From Ruditapes philippinarum (Eukaryota), in contig NW_026859222.1 of assembly GCF_026571515.1 (NCBI RefSeq), positions 124,001 through 188,000 on the forward strand: a stretch of 64,000 nucleotides of DNA. The letters are read 5' to 3'. Position 1 is the stretch's first letter; the number at the start of each line of letters is the position of its first letter. The notes below the pieces were generated by a model, which worked only from the letters and a program-made list of their open reading frames with translations, searched no databases and was not told the DNA's origin. A program made the position numbers and the translations under genes. Below are positions 52,513 through 64,000 of the stretch, piece after piece.

Positions 52513-55500
52513 TTAATCTAATTTCCAGTTATCATTTAGCATCCATCCGGGTTTCTTTCTTGTACGTTTCTGCCTCTGTAAATTGTTGTTGTTGTCCTTA
52601 GATGGATTTCTCAGTGCAGGAATAATATATTTAGAACCTGTAATAGAATGAGATGTTTTATTTGGAACAGAATAAGAAGTTTGAGTTGTTGACGTGACAT
52701 CTTGTTTGCTGTTTGATGTTCCTGTAAAAGAAGTTGACATACAATTGTTAGAATCATGTATTGTGGCAGAATTGCTTTGTGAAACATTTGATGGACTTGA
52801 TGTAAGTGAGGTATTGGAATCTAATGGAGCTGTAATGGAAATATCAGAGGAGGGATTGGAGAAAGAGTTCTGATCCGAATGTAAGTCAGAGGAAGCTGGC
52901 TTGTATAAGGACTCAGTTGTTTTACACAAAGGCATCCCCATAAAGGGAAGTAAAAGGTTCCTGTGCAAAACCCTGGACCTTTCCTTGCTGTTCTCCTTCT
53001 TCACCTCATAGAAGGGAATTCCAGAGGTGGGCTGGCTAAGAATGGTGTAAACATCCTTCTCCCATCTATCGGCAAGTTTGGATTTTCCCCTAACACCTAC
53101 ATTTCGGACCAGTACTCGATCCCCGGGCTTCAATTCCGCTTCTCTCACACGGAGGTCATAGTACCTTTTATGTTTCTTGCCTTGTTACTTGGCCTCTCGG
53201 AGTGCAACAGAATATGCAAATTTGAGTCTGTTCTGGAGACCGGAGACGTAAGAATGGTCCTTGACAGGATATTTGTCTGGTTCGATGCCAAGAAACGCAT
53301 CGATGGCAAGCCTAGGGTGGCGACCAAACATGAGGAAGTGGGGAGAATAACCAGTAGAAGAATGGGGAGTAGAGTTATAGGCATGGACAAGAGCGGGAAC
53401 ATGGGACTTCCAATTGACCTTCTTGTCATCTTCTAGGGTCCCCAACATATTCAAGAGGGTTTCGTTAAAGCGCTCAGGCATCCCATTACCCTGTGGATGA
53501 TACGGAATAGTCCTGGTCTTGTCAATATTGGCCAACTTGCACAACTCCCGGATAACTTCACTTTCAAAATTTCGCCCTTGATCACTATGGAACCGACTAG
53601 GAAAACCATAGTGACAAACATAATTTTCAAAGAGAAGTTTAGCGGTAGTATGTGCAGTTTGGTTCTTGGCAGGGATAGCCTGAGCAAAACGAGTAAAGTG
53701 ATCAGTAATGATCAAGATGTTTTCATAACCACCCCGAGACATCTCCAGAGAAAGAAAATCCATACAGACAATTTCCATTGGATAACTCGACTGGATAGGA
53801 TTTAACTTAGCAGTCGTTTTATCCAATGACTTTCTCCGGATACATCTGGGGCAGTTTCGAACCCTGTGTTCGATATACTGTTCTAACTGAGGCCAAAAGA
53901 AACGTGAACGGAACAAGGAAATCGTTCTTGTACAACCTTGATGTCCTGCCTCATCATGCAAACCCTGGAAAGCTAAATCAAGCATATGCTCAGGGAGAAC
54001 AAGCTGAGTAACATGATAACCATTTGAAGTACCTTTACGGTAAAGAATTGAATCCTTAAAGTAAAGGTTGCTCCATTCCTTCAGAAACGATCGAACCTTG
54101 GCCGTTTCATGTGACTTTTGGCGTTCAGTTAACCTATGACCAATTTCAAAGAGTTGAACTAAACGGGAAAGTGTTGGATCATCTTGCTGCTCCTTCTTCC
54201 AATCAATAGACTTAAGGCTGCTTCCGACTTCGATCTCGTCTCTGGGATTAAGAGAAAGACCAGTTTGGTTAAAAGAAATACATTCTACGGCTGGAAGTTG
54301 ACCTGGACCTTCAGATTTAGAAAACAAAAGAGCCTTGACAGCATCTGAAAGGAGAATGTTAGAATCAGGAAGAGAAGAAGCTGAAGGAATTCTAGAAAGG
54401 GTATCGGCGTCGATGTTCTCTTTACCAGCTCTGTACCGCAAGTTGATGTCATACGCAGACAAGGAGGATAACCACCTGTGACTGGTAGCATCAAGCTTGG
54501 CAGATGAAAACACATAGGTAAGTGGGTTATTGTCTGTTCTAACTTCCACAGAATTGCCATAGAGGTAATCATGGAACTTATCACAGACAGACCACTTAAG
54601 AGCCAAGAACTCTAGTTTGTGAGCAGGATAATATCTTTCACCTGCTCTCAAACCCCTACTGGCATAACATGCTCCTTACCATCAGCACCAATCTGGTAAA
54701 GAACCGCTCCCAAACCGCTAGTACTGGCATCAACATTAAGAATGAATGGTTTATTGTAGTCAGCAAAAGCTAAGACTGGAGGAGAAGAAAGTTTATCTAT
54801 CAAAGAACAAAAGGCATTCTGCTGATCTGGACCCCAATTGAAAGGAACTTTAGATTTCTTAGAAGAACTTTTGCAGGTGGGAATACCAGTAAGAAGGTCA
54901 TTCAAAGGTTTGGCGATCTGTGCGTAGTCTTTAATGAATCTCCTGTAATAACCTGAGAAACCTAAAAAGCTACGCAACTCCTTAAGGCAAGTAGGTACAG
55001 GATATGTCTTGAGTGCTTCAATCTTCTCAGGATCTGTCTTCACACCATCAGCACTAACAATGTGACCCAAATACTGGAGAAAATATGTTTCCACTGATTG
55101 AAGAAGGAAGTTGCCTTTACCTGCTGTTCAGAAGTTAAAGTTTCAGTGGGAATAGAAATACCAAGGTCATCAAGAGACTTGTCTGAATTGTGAGATTTAT
55201 CAGCAACGCCCTCTGAAGGATCAATGGTGCGAACAACAGACACATCATGTAAATTACAAAGAGTCATTCTTGGATGAATGGTAATAGCTCTAGCAGTCAA
55301 GTTACAAACACGTACTGGAACCCTGCAAAAAGAAGTACCAGGTTGTAATTTAACCAATCTAGGGCACACATTCAACATAAGAGAATCAGTAGACTCTGTA
55401 ACACCAGATGACATGTTGCCAATATGTCTCACCTTTCCCTCAAGTGTTGTTGTTTCAAAAGGCTTCACAATGACAGTCTGATGATGAAGAAGAGTAACAG

Positions 55501-55991
55501 GTTTGGTGACAATGTCAGACAAGGAAGATATGATGTCTGAAAGTGGAGGACGATGTTGACTCTGTTCCTGATGACTTCAAAACGTTCAGTATGTTGGTGC
55601 CTATTATCAAAGGAACTCTGCATGGAGTACTCTGTGTCTGGAACAATCAGAATAGGAGCTGAAAAAGATTCTGATGAAAAGAGAAGGAAAAGAAATATCA
55701 AGAACTGAATATCCAAGATATGGTACCTTAGAACCATTAGCAGAAGAAATATCCAACATAAAATTCTGACAACTGTGACATGACAGGCTGGGGCTTTAAA
55801 GATTTGAAGAATGAAATTCCAATAGATGAAATCATAGAACCAGTATCTATCAAAGCTATAGTAGAAGTACCATTTATAAGAATTTCAGATTCATTAGAAG
55901 AGCCAACTAGAGGAAATGTAGAAACAGGGTCATTAGAAGGGGAAGTATGACCTCTCATCTGCCCTGCGATGGAGGTCGACTGTAGTTTAAA
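52513..55991 (-). pseudogene. pol: Gypsy pol, fragmented (protease, RT C-terminal remnant, RNase H, integrase)
   Basis: Protease ALIDTGS; YLGH plus thumb LRSFLGFSGYYRRFI; RNase H VDAS/LEFLA/TDNNP/ADTLSR; integrase H-x4-H..CxxC, MDF, HSDQG, PERFN. Frameshifts near 55740-55550 and 54650, in-frame TAA at 53185-87, RT core missing at ~55076. Confidence 0.95.
55925..55991 (-). promoter_or_regulatory. -1 programmed ribosomal frameshift signal (gag/pol)
   Basis: In-frame T TTA AAC heptamer (55991-55985), 7-nt spacer, GACCTC-CATC..GATG-A-GAGGTC stem. The -1 frame runs open into the protease. Confidence 0.8.
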
Positions 55992-56872
55992 GGACTGGCA
56001 GAGGCTTTGACATCCTGAGTGGAAGATCTCTCTTGTTTCAAGCCCTTGAGTTCCTTCTCCATACTAGACAGTCTGGACTCCATGCCTTCCATCTGCTTAG
56101 AAAGGGCCCTTATTTCCTGGAGAATTTTACTATCTACAGTAGTGACACACTGCTGTGCAGGAACAGACTCATTAGGAGTATTAGAAGTAGAAACATTGGC
56201 CTGAGGGGTTGCCTGCTTGGAGGGAAGAGGAAGAGAAGATTGTAATCTGGACAAGCGCAAGTCTTCCTCAATGGCTCTCAACTCTTTACGAAGAGTATTG
56301 AAGTTGAGGTCCCTCTGAAAAAGAAATCTAGAGGCATTCTTCAGCTCTATATCTCGGAGGCCTGACCACAACCTACCCCGCAGCATCTCATCCTTGGACA
56401 TCCTATCAAGATTGCACGGTATCCTGCTAAGCAACCTCTCCAGACGCAAACTATAATCAGCAACAGACTCATCCACCCTCTGCTGTTCATTATAAAACTG
56501 TTCCTTCAACCTTTCAGTTGAATGAACATTACCATAAATGCCATCTAACTCATTCAAGATCTCGGGAACAGTGGCATTTTCACCTAAATGCAAAAGAACA
56601 CCTCTGGCACTGCCTTTCAAAGATTTGCGAATGGCCTCCCTAATAATAAATGGTGGATAATTACCCTCATCAATGACACAATTGACATCATAGCGCCATA
56701 TCTCGAACATTGACGAGTTGTATTTCCCATCTCCTGAAAAAGAAGGTAACTCAGGGATACGGGCATGTACCAAGTCCCTATTTGTCACAAAAGACAAGTA
56801 TGGTTGAGGGTTAGGCATGGGTGGAGGAATGCTATAAACAGGTGGAGGAAAGTGAACCTGATGTGTACCCAT
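55955..56872 (-). CDS. gag: Gypsy Gag (PNMA-like capsid region, no CCHC knuckle seen); true start may be the upstream ATG at 57009
   Basis: 305-aa ORF with LPSFSGD..FEIWRYDV, IRKSLKGSA, FYNEQQRVDESVADYSLRL, located immediately upstream of the protease. Confidence 0.88.
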   Translation of the reverse strand: MGTHQVHFPPPVYSIPPPMPNPQPYLSFVTNRDLVHARIPELPSFSGDGKYNSSMFEIWRYDVNCVIDEGNYPPFIIREAIRKSLKGSARGVLLHLGENATVPEILNELDGIYGNVHSTERLKEQFYNEQQRVDESVADYSLRLERLLSRIPCNLDRMSKDEMLRGRLWSGLRDIELKNASRFLFQRDLNFNTLRKELRAIEEDLRLSRLQSSLPLPSKQATPQANVSTSNTPNESVPAQQCVTTVDSKILQEIRALSKQMEGMESRLSSMEKELKGLKQERSSTQDVKASASPLNYSRPPSQGR

Positions 56873-59429
56873 TCTGCTGATATGTTCCCGTATAGGAGTA
56901 GGTGTAAGTAGGTGGGGGCTGCGTTCATTGAATGCCGCCTTTCCTTGTCGATCTTGTTTATCATATTAAATGTATGACTTGAGTGTACTGTATGAGGTGT
57001 ACTTGCCATTGCATTAACTTGAAACTTACCAGATTTCTGTAACTGTCTAGCAAAAAAAATCTAGATCTGCATCTGAATAGTCTAAGGACTGAGTTGTACC
57101 ATCCGCCATGATGAGAAAAAAAAAAAAAAATGGATTGGACCAAAAAAAAAATAAATGTGACTTAAAATTCAGGATTTCAAATGGCCCAAACTGTACACCA
57201 TACACTAAAAAAAAGTGATTCACATCAGTAACCAGTTTAGGTCTATATAGATGTAATAAAAAACAAACAATAGAAATAAAACAATTTTATTTCAAAAGAA
57301 AAAAAAAACAAAGACTTGAAAATAATCAATCAACTTTATTCAAATTATGACCCACACAGTGCACCATACATTACACAAAATTTCAAGGTCAGCTGAATAA
57401 TATATGTACCAGATACAGTCAGTAAATTAGATCAAAGTTTGTAAAACAATAGATCTAATAACACTGATATTCAGTCTCTATTATAAAACAATATTAAATT
57501 CAACTGAATAATATTCAGTGCTTAACTCACTAAATAAATAACAAACACCTAAGATTGTCAAGTTACAGGTAACAAGTCTATAAAATTATATTGTGAAATG
57601 CACAGACACTTGTTCAGTTACTTGCTATAGTGTATAAATTTCAACTAATTTATGGTAATTGCAAGAGACACACAGGCTTGTGAAATTATATGCAGTAATT
57701 CTGTATTGCAAACAATGTTCAGTCCAGTACTCTATACAATTTCAGAAAAAAAATCCCAAAGATCTAACTTACATAGATTATTTATAAATTTACCTGCTCA
57801 GGCACAGACTCAACTTAATACAAGTGCACAAAAAGCTAACCGGAATAAATAAATGTGTAAAGTTTCCTTTCTTCTGATTTAGACAATTATTTCAATGCAA
57901 AATGTTTAATTTTCAGTTCATAAAGTAAAATAATATGCCTATCAACAGACTTTTTATAATGACTAAATGAGTAGAACCCAAATTATCAATTTTTCAGATG
58001 TGATACAGTAGCAACAAATGATTTGCTATTTGTATATATGTTAAATGCTTGTAAATATAGAATAAGTCTATATAAGAAAATATATTACCACTTACACAAA
58101 ACACTTCACTATTCGAAAATGAAGAAGAAGTTTAGTGTCAGTTCTCACAAACTGTGTATAAAAATATAAAATCAGCGGGATTCAAAAATGAACAATTTAT
58201 TCTAATTAAAGAATAAATATTTCACTTCATATCTATTTACCGGCTACATGATACCGTCGCAGTATTTTGAATGAAATGTTATTTTAAGTTTACAGAATTT
58301 TAAATATAATTGATTTTAACTGCCCGGGTTGAACAATTTATTCTAACTAAAGAATAAATATTTCAAACCTACTTTTATACTTTATTTATATTTACTCACA
58401 AGTCAACTACAATGTTCTGTTCCTACAATAAATGCTAAACTATTCAATCTACATGCTTACTTCAGGCAAACTTCTGGTTCAAGCAAGTCCTGCTTTAAAT
58501 AAATAATAATAATAAAGATAGGTACAGTAAGTAATCAGGTACAATAAGTTATCAGGATAGGATATGAAATAATACAGCTGTTGGATATATAATATCTGGG
58601 GTAATATAGGATCTATTACAGTAAATGGACAATAGCAGACTGGATGGAAATAATTTAAAATAGGGACAGGTGTAATATACTAGTTATTCAGACCAAGATG
58701 AAAGATAAAAGAGACAGAGTGTTAGCTCACCAACCACCTGATAGTTAAATGATGTGTCTACATGTCTGTGAACTGTATCAATCTTCAAAATGCCAGCAAC
58801 AGGATAAAAATCAATGTCACAGAAGCCTGAAGTACAAGGCTTTGTGGAATTCAACCTAAAATATACAAAATCAAATAATAATATACATGTATATCTCTGG
58901 TTCAAAACAAATTGATTTTCACATGTAGATCTTGATCAAGATTTTACACCACTCAATAAAGATAAATAAAAAAATCAACCCAGATCTACATTTTACAATA
59001 TAACTATGAAATGGCACTTGATACTAATTAAATTGAAAAAGACACTTATCCAAAATATGTAAACACTGAATAATTTTAAAGAATTTACAAATTACACTGT
59101 TTGTTTACAAATGTTCAAAGTCCACAAATATATAGTTGTCGTCTAAATGGTCCGAAGAAGTGAATGATCCAACGTTGATATATAAACAAGAAAAGGTACC
59201 TTTAATTAATTTAATGTTAGAGCTCTTTAAAATATAGAAATATAACTAGTTGAAACTTTTGTTTATATTCATGAAATTCCTCGGGAGTACCCGGTCACCG
59301 GAAGTAAACCAAAAATATAAAAGCCGTTCTGATTGGCTGTAGTTGGGAAATCCCTACGTCACCCTTTGTGTTCGCAGTTTCGTCACCAATATATTCGTAC
59401 CATGAAAATACCAATTCAAACATAAAAAT

Positions 59430-59445
59430 CCACACTGGCCACCAA
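59430..59445 (-). other. Primer binding site
   Basis: Minus-strand TGGTGGCCAGTGTGG one base after the 5' LTR. The first 11 nt fit a tRNA ending ACUGGCCACCA (tRNA-Ile(AAU)-like; assignment tentative). Confidence 0.75.
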
Positions 59446-59833
59446 TGTCGTATGGTCCTTTTTCAAATGTATGAATGGTCTGTTTATGCCTGTAAGGACA
59501 TAAACATACGCCTTGATAAATAAATAAATAAACAAGACAACAATTTCTGGCGCAAACCAATAGAAATATTTATATCAAAGTGCGCATGCGTGAGGTGGTT
59601 TTTCCGGGAAGTTTGTAAAAACTGAGGCCCGGCATGCAAATTATGTCAGAAGGAAATATGAGAAATTAGTTGTTATAATGAGATGATGAAATGGAATGAT
59701 ATAGGAATGATATGGGATAATGGAGTGTATATCGGACTGTAAACAGACAAATACAAGAGATATATATACAAATACAAGGACAAAATGATACATGAAAACG
59801 ATATTCAAAAACACGAATATCGACCACATGACA
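59446..59833 (-). repeat. 5' LTR
   Basis: See 3' LTR. Confidence 0.97.
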
Positions 59834-61669
59834 GGTATATTATATGTTCTTATTGGATCTTGAATTGTTTTATCAATTTATTAAATTAAGAGGAGGTTTG
59901 TTATTTAGAAGTGAAATGGAAATATAGCAATATCCACGTATATAAGAGAATATTGATATTGTTATTTGAATACAGAAATGCGTTTGTAAGTTTGAAATAA
60001 ATTTGATACTTCGTTTTATGCGTATCAGTAAAACGTCTTTCATCAAAATACTTTGATTGTATAATTTTATTATCTTTAAAAAACAAAAATATTTACATAC
60101 ACTTAGTAGGAGGTTAGACACGTTTTTTTTTCTTTGTTATACATTGTACATTGTCATGACTAAATATATATACTGATTATTCAGGTGCAATGGGATAAAA
60201 TTGCATATTTGCGTTGAATTTAGGTAAAAGACCACTAAATGTAGGCATAAGAGAACAATCGTCACAGAATCTTTTAAGATTATTGCAAATATCTGTGATT
60301 CATTTTAAATCAAACTTACTTTTTTCAATCAGTAAATCTGTTTTATAACTTAACTGTTAATTATTTTCATAAATAAGCTTACGCTTTGCCTGTTTTGCAA
60401 AATAGAAAACGTTTTTGATAGGATTCTTTAATTATTTGAAAGTAAAAATAACTTCTTATCCGCCATATTTTGGCTTCATGTGACAATTATAAATCGGAAC
60501 AATCTGTACTTTATAAGAAGACTATTACTTATTGGACTAAAGATAATTTGAAAACCTACAATATTTCACTTATTTTAAGTTACTTTTATTTAATCTATCC
60601 CTTCATCTTAAGTACAATAGTAACAGATGAAATATAATATAACTCTGAACAGTTGTTAAGACGAATAGATTTCAGAAGTTAAATGTGTGTATAACAGACT
60701 AAAGAAAACCTAACGAAGGAAATTGAAATTACCTGGCAGACATTTTAACCATTATAGGGCAAGGTTTTGACATTCTTTCGGGTCAAGGTCACAGTCATTT
60801 TTTATCAATTATATCAAAATTCCATGTCTGCTCTGTACGAGTATCTATTAAATCGTAATAAGGAAATTAAAACGTTTTGGCAGAAATATTACTCATAATC
60901 AGACGATGAAAATATGATCCTTTTTCTTTTTCGTTAATTAGTATATAACGTTCTTTATTTATTCTAAGTGATTAAAATCTTTAATTTAAAAAGTAGTTTT
61001 AATAACTGTCCAAAGCTTATGCATGTTTTGAAATTGAAACTTATCTTTGAAATAAGTGTCGTTCTTGGTATTTTTGGAGGTCTCGTCCTCAATTCGAAAA
61101 TAAAACTACTTGTTATATGTCTTGGTACGACTCAGAAAAACATCTTCCAAGTTGTAATATTCACATACATTACACGAAATATCATCATTGAAGAAGAAAA
61201 CCACATGTAAAGTATCATGTAGTTTTAATTAGTTTCCATGACAAAAAAGCAAACAATTTGCGCCTATTGTAAAGTTTCAGGGAAAAAAAGTAAAAGAATG
61301 ATTGCAGGCTACATACGTTTATTCACTTAAGAATATACTAAACTCGATATAATATAAATTTGGAAAATTCTCTGTAGTCAATTGCACGAGTAATTCTAGT
61401 TCAAAGCAGGATTCTTTAACAAAAGGATACCGTTACACGAAAGCGATGCCAATAATTTAGTAATTTGATGCATTGCATTTCATCGAAACTAAGTGATTCA
61501 ATTTGAGTTTTGAAAATCGAAGTGAAATATAATTTTCATAACCTATAATCATTAGTAGAAAGATAGATAAAGCAACAGGCTGGAACACGATAAAGAAATA
61601 TAAAGAAAACATTAGAATTCATCAAAATATGCAATAAAAAAACTGAATGTGTCAAAACTTTAATTGGAA

Positions 61670-62340
61670 CGCATAAAGGTAAGATTTCATATTTCTCGTA
61701 ATTATAGTCATAACTTTCACCTGGCTACATATACAAGGAGTGACCCATATCAATCTTAGACATAAAGTAATGTTAATGGTATATATTAGAAACAGGGGTA
61801 AACTATGGAAGACCAAGAAAGATCTCTGTCTTCAGAACTGGGCATGCATACAGATACTTTTCTTTCAGAATTTACTATGAATAATAAATCTGTATTAAAC
61901 GACCTCTGACACTGATTTTCGAATATTTAGATCTACACATTTTTCTTTACTATTCTTTTCTGTATTTATTATACTACGCATTTTATTTTTTTGTTATGTA
62001 ATAGATAACCAGCTATATTTTCAATGATAAACATATGATTTAAGTTGTCCACTGAGATATTGCATGCGTTCATCATTGTAACGTTGTATGTTTTATTTAT
62101 ATAATGTTTTTGCTCTTAAATGTACATACATACATGCAAACCGACATGATATCAATAAACAAAACGAAACGATCTTTCGAAGAATGTCTATAAATTGAAA
62201 ATTTGACTGCTTTATTCTTCATACAACTTTAACACATAATACAGCAAATCTAAACCTTTTGATAGTTATTATCATGAGGCATTTCATTGATAAGGGAAAT
62301 ACAGAGTCAACCGATTTATTTTGTTAATTAACAACTATGA
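61670..62340 (+). pseudogene. Decayed paralog G12 (copies ~12140-12780, 16070-16720, 36250-36920, 44030-44730, 49730-50320)
   Basis: Signal-peptide-like FIFLVIIVITFTWLHIQG, then ICIK, DLHIFLYY, LSCP..RC and ..RRMSIN (RADIN in other copies; compare G10 RADMEF..KMTVT). Confidence 0.45.
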
Positions 62341-63023
62341 AAAAACATGAATGGTAATCTCAAACTGAAGAAGATATTAGATTAAATTATTTCATACATT
62401 TTATCTGTTATATATTTTCAGAGCATTTTATTTGTTGGCTATATTATATGTTCTTATTGGATCTTGAATTGTTTATTTCATTTTATTAGATTAACAATTT
62501 AAAACAAACTTACTTTTTTCAATCAGTAAATCTGTTTTATAACTTAACTGTTAATTATTTTCATAAATAAGCGCCAAAATATCTCCGTGGCATATTTATG
62601 CCATACTCCTTGTTCCCTGTCCGAATTCGGTTCCCATCATTAGAATATCGACTGGCTTATTCATTTATTTAATTCATCAAGTAAATAACATTAAATAATG
62701 ATTTTAAACATTATATTCAAAAATGGCACTTCACTTCAATTAAAGATTTATCTTGACATGTTGTACATCAAAAAAGATATTTTTATTAGAAAATTTGATA
62801 ACAGTGTGACAAAAGCAAGACAAAAAGTTCTTCATCGCTGAAAAGACGAAAGCATTTTTATAGACGCGCGTGTACGCGGCGTCTAATGAGGCCGAGTCAT
62901 AATATATTCTAACATTGATTTTGGTGTTGTGGCCCATTTTTCTGGTAAAATGCAGACATCAGGAATCTAAGAGCCTACTTAATTTCATCACCGATACCTT
63001 GCAATTACTTTATCTATTATCTA

Positions 63024-64000
63024 AGAGGGGAAGTCAGAAAATATCCGGACCTTTGACTCGTTCTCGAAAACCATTCAACATTTAAAAAAAAAATCTGTCT
63101 ACACTTTTTCAAAATATTCGCCACCTACGTCTACGCACTTTTGCCATCTTCGTGGGAGCTTTTGTATTTTCGCTTTGAACCATGACGTAGACCTATGTTT
63201 TAGGTACTGTGTAACAGCAGATATCAAAGCCGCCCTGGTCAGCAAGCAATTTTTTCAGTTCTGGAAACAAAAAGTCACAGGGGGCGAGGTCTGGGCTATA
63301 AGGAGGGTGAAACAACAATTGCCATTTGTAAGAGTTGATAACCTCCACTGTAGCTGCGGCGGTATGGGAGGGGGCGTTATCGTGAAAAAGGGACATTTTC
63401 CTGTGCTAACCTGGGAGGCATTTGCTTCAGCTTTTTCTGAGATTTTTCAGAATTACTTCAGAATAGTACTTGGCGGTGACAGTTTGACCTTTTGGCATGA
63501 AATGAGTAAGTATCATTCCTCCTTCCCAAAAGGCAACAAGCATGACTTTGCCAGCCGAAGGAGACAACTTAAACGTTTTAGGAGGTGGGGAACCAGCTGG
63601 TTTCCACTGCTTTGACTGAGTTTTTGTCTCAGGTTCGGAATAATGAACCCACATCTCATCTCCAGTGATAATGCGGTTCAAAAACTTATCTTCTTCACGA
63701 TTAGAACGACTTAAATGTTTTTTTTGCATTGGTTACTCTGGTTGCCTTTTGATCTGCTTTTTGTTTGTTTGTTTGAATCATTTTACGCCTTTTCCCAACA
63801 GTATTTCAGTCATATAGGCGGGTAGTTTCCTAACCATCGTTCATGGAGAGTTGCACCAGTACTAGACTACCTTCCTCCGTGCTAAACTACCAAAGCATCT
63901 CCCAGGGATCGAACCCACGCCAGAGAGGTAACTGGATTAGAAGTCATCGACTCTAACCCCTCGACCACGGAGGCGTTTGATCTGCGGACAGCTGTCTAGG
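63024..64000 (-). mobile_element. Mariner copy 3 (runs off the window; duplicate of copy 2)
   Basis: Same left flank, same mutated TIR start (agaggggaag), same 14-bp internal deletion and same SINE as copy 2. Confidence 0.95.
63758..63975 (-). mobile_element. tRNA-derived SINE (duplicate of 38373-38590)
   Basis: TSD tttgatctgc at 63748-63757 and 63976-63985. Confidence 0.93.

Larger units (their letters stand above)
51647..59833 (-). mobile_element. Gypsy/Ty3 LTR retrotransposon, 8187 bp, RT-deleted
   Basis: 388-bp TG..CA LTRs, 4-bp TSD GGTA (51643-46, 59834-37), PBS and PPT, gag-PR-(RT)-RH-IN order. Empty site at ~37018. Confidence 0.97.

Noticed and set aside
52513-53148. Separate env-like ORF
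   Set aside because: It is in frame with the integrase across a single TAA, has no signal or TM segment, and is the Pol C-terminal tail.
52963-53805. Plus-strand ORFs of 157 and 102 aa
   Set aside because: Antisense shadows of the integrase with no recognisable motifs.

Overview
AT-rich eukaryotic DNA, probably molluscan (inferred from the SINE and Helentron-type repeats). I found no intact host gene. Layer 1 is a set of transposon insertions, most with an empty site visible in a paralogous copy inside the window. They are: three mariner (DD34D) copies, two carrying the same tRNA-SINE; a Tc1/mariner-type MITE; four HINE/DINE-1-like elements; an hAT-like element; and a young Gypsy LTR retrotransposon that lacks its RT core but keeps a -1 frameshift signal. 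Layer 2 is the background between the transposons, a mosaic of tandem/segmental duplications. Manual translation suggests it is a dense array of about 0.5-0.65 kb, apparently intronless, decayed paralogs on both strands. They encode a signal peptide, a Cys-patterned ectodomain and, where visible, a TM segment. I count about 14 distinguishable paralog types and over 40 copies, all broken by stops or frameshifts, so the ORF track mostly misses them. The array also shows a chimeric paralog, an in-place micro-inversion and a templated patch. Family identity and function are unverified. Several stretches (e.g. 33930-36150) look like low-quality long-read sequence. Pseudogene boundaries and identity estimates are by eye.
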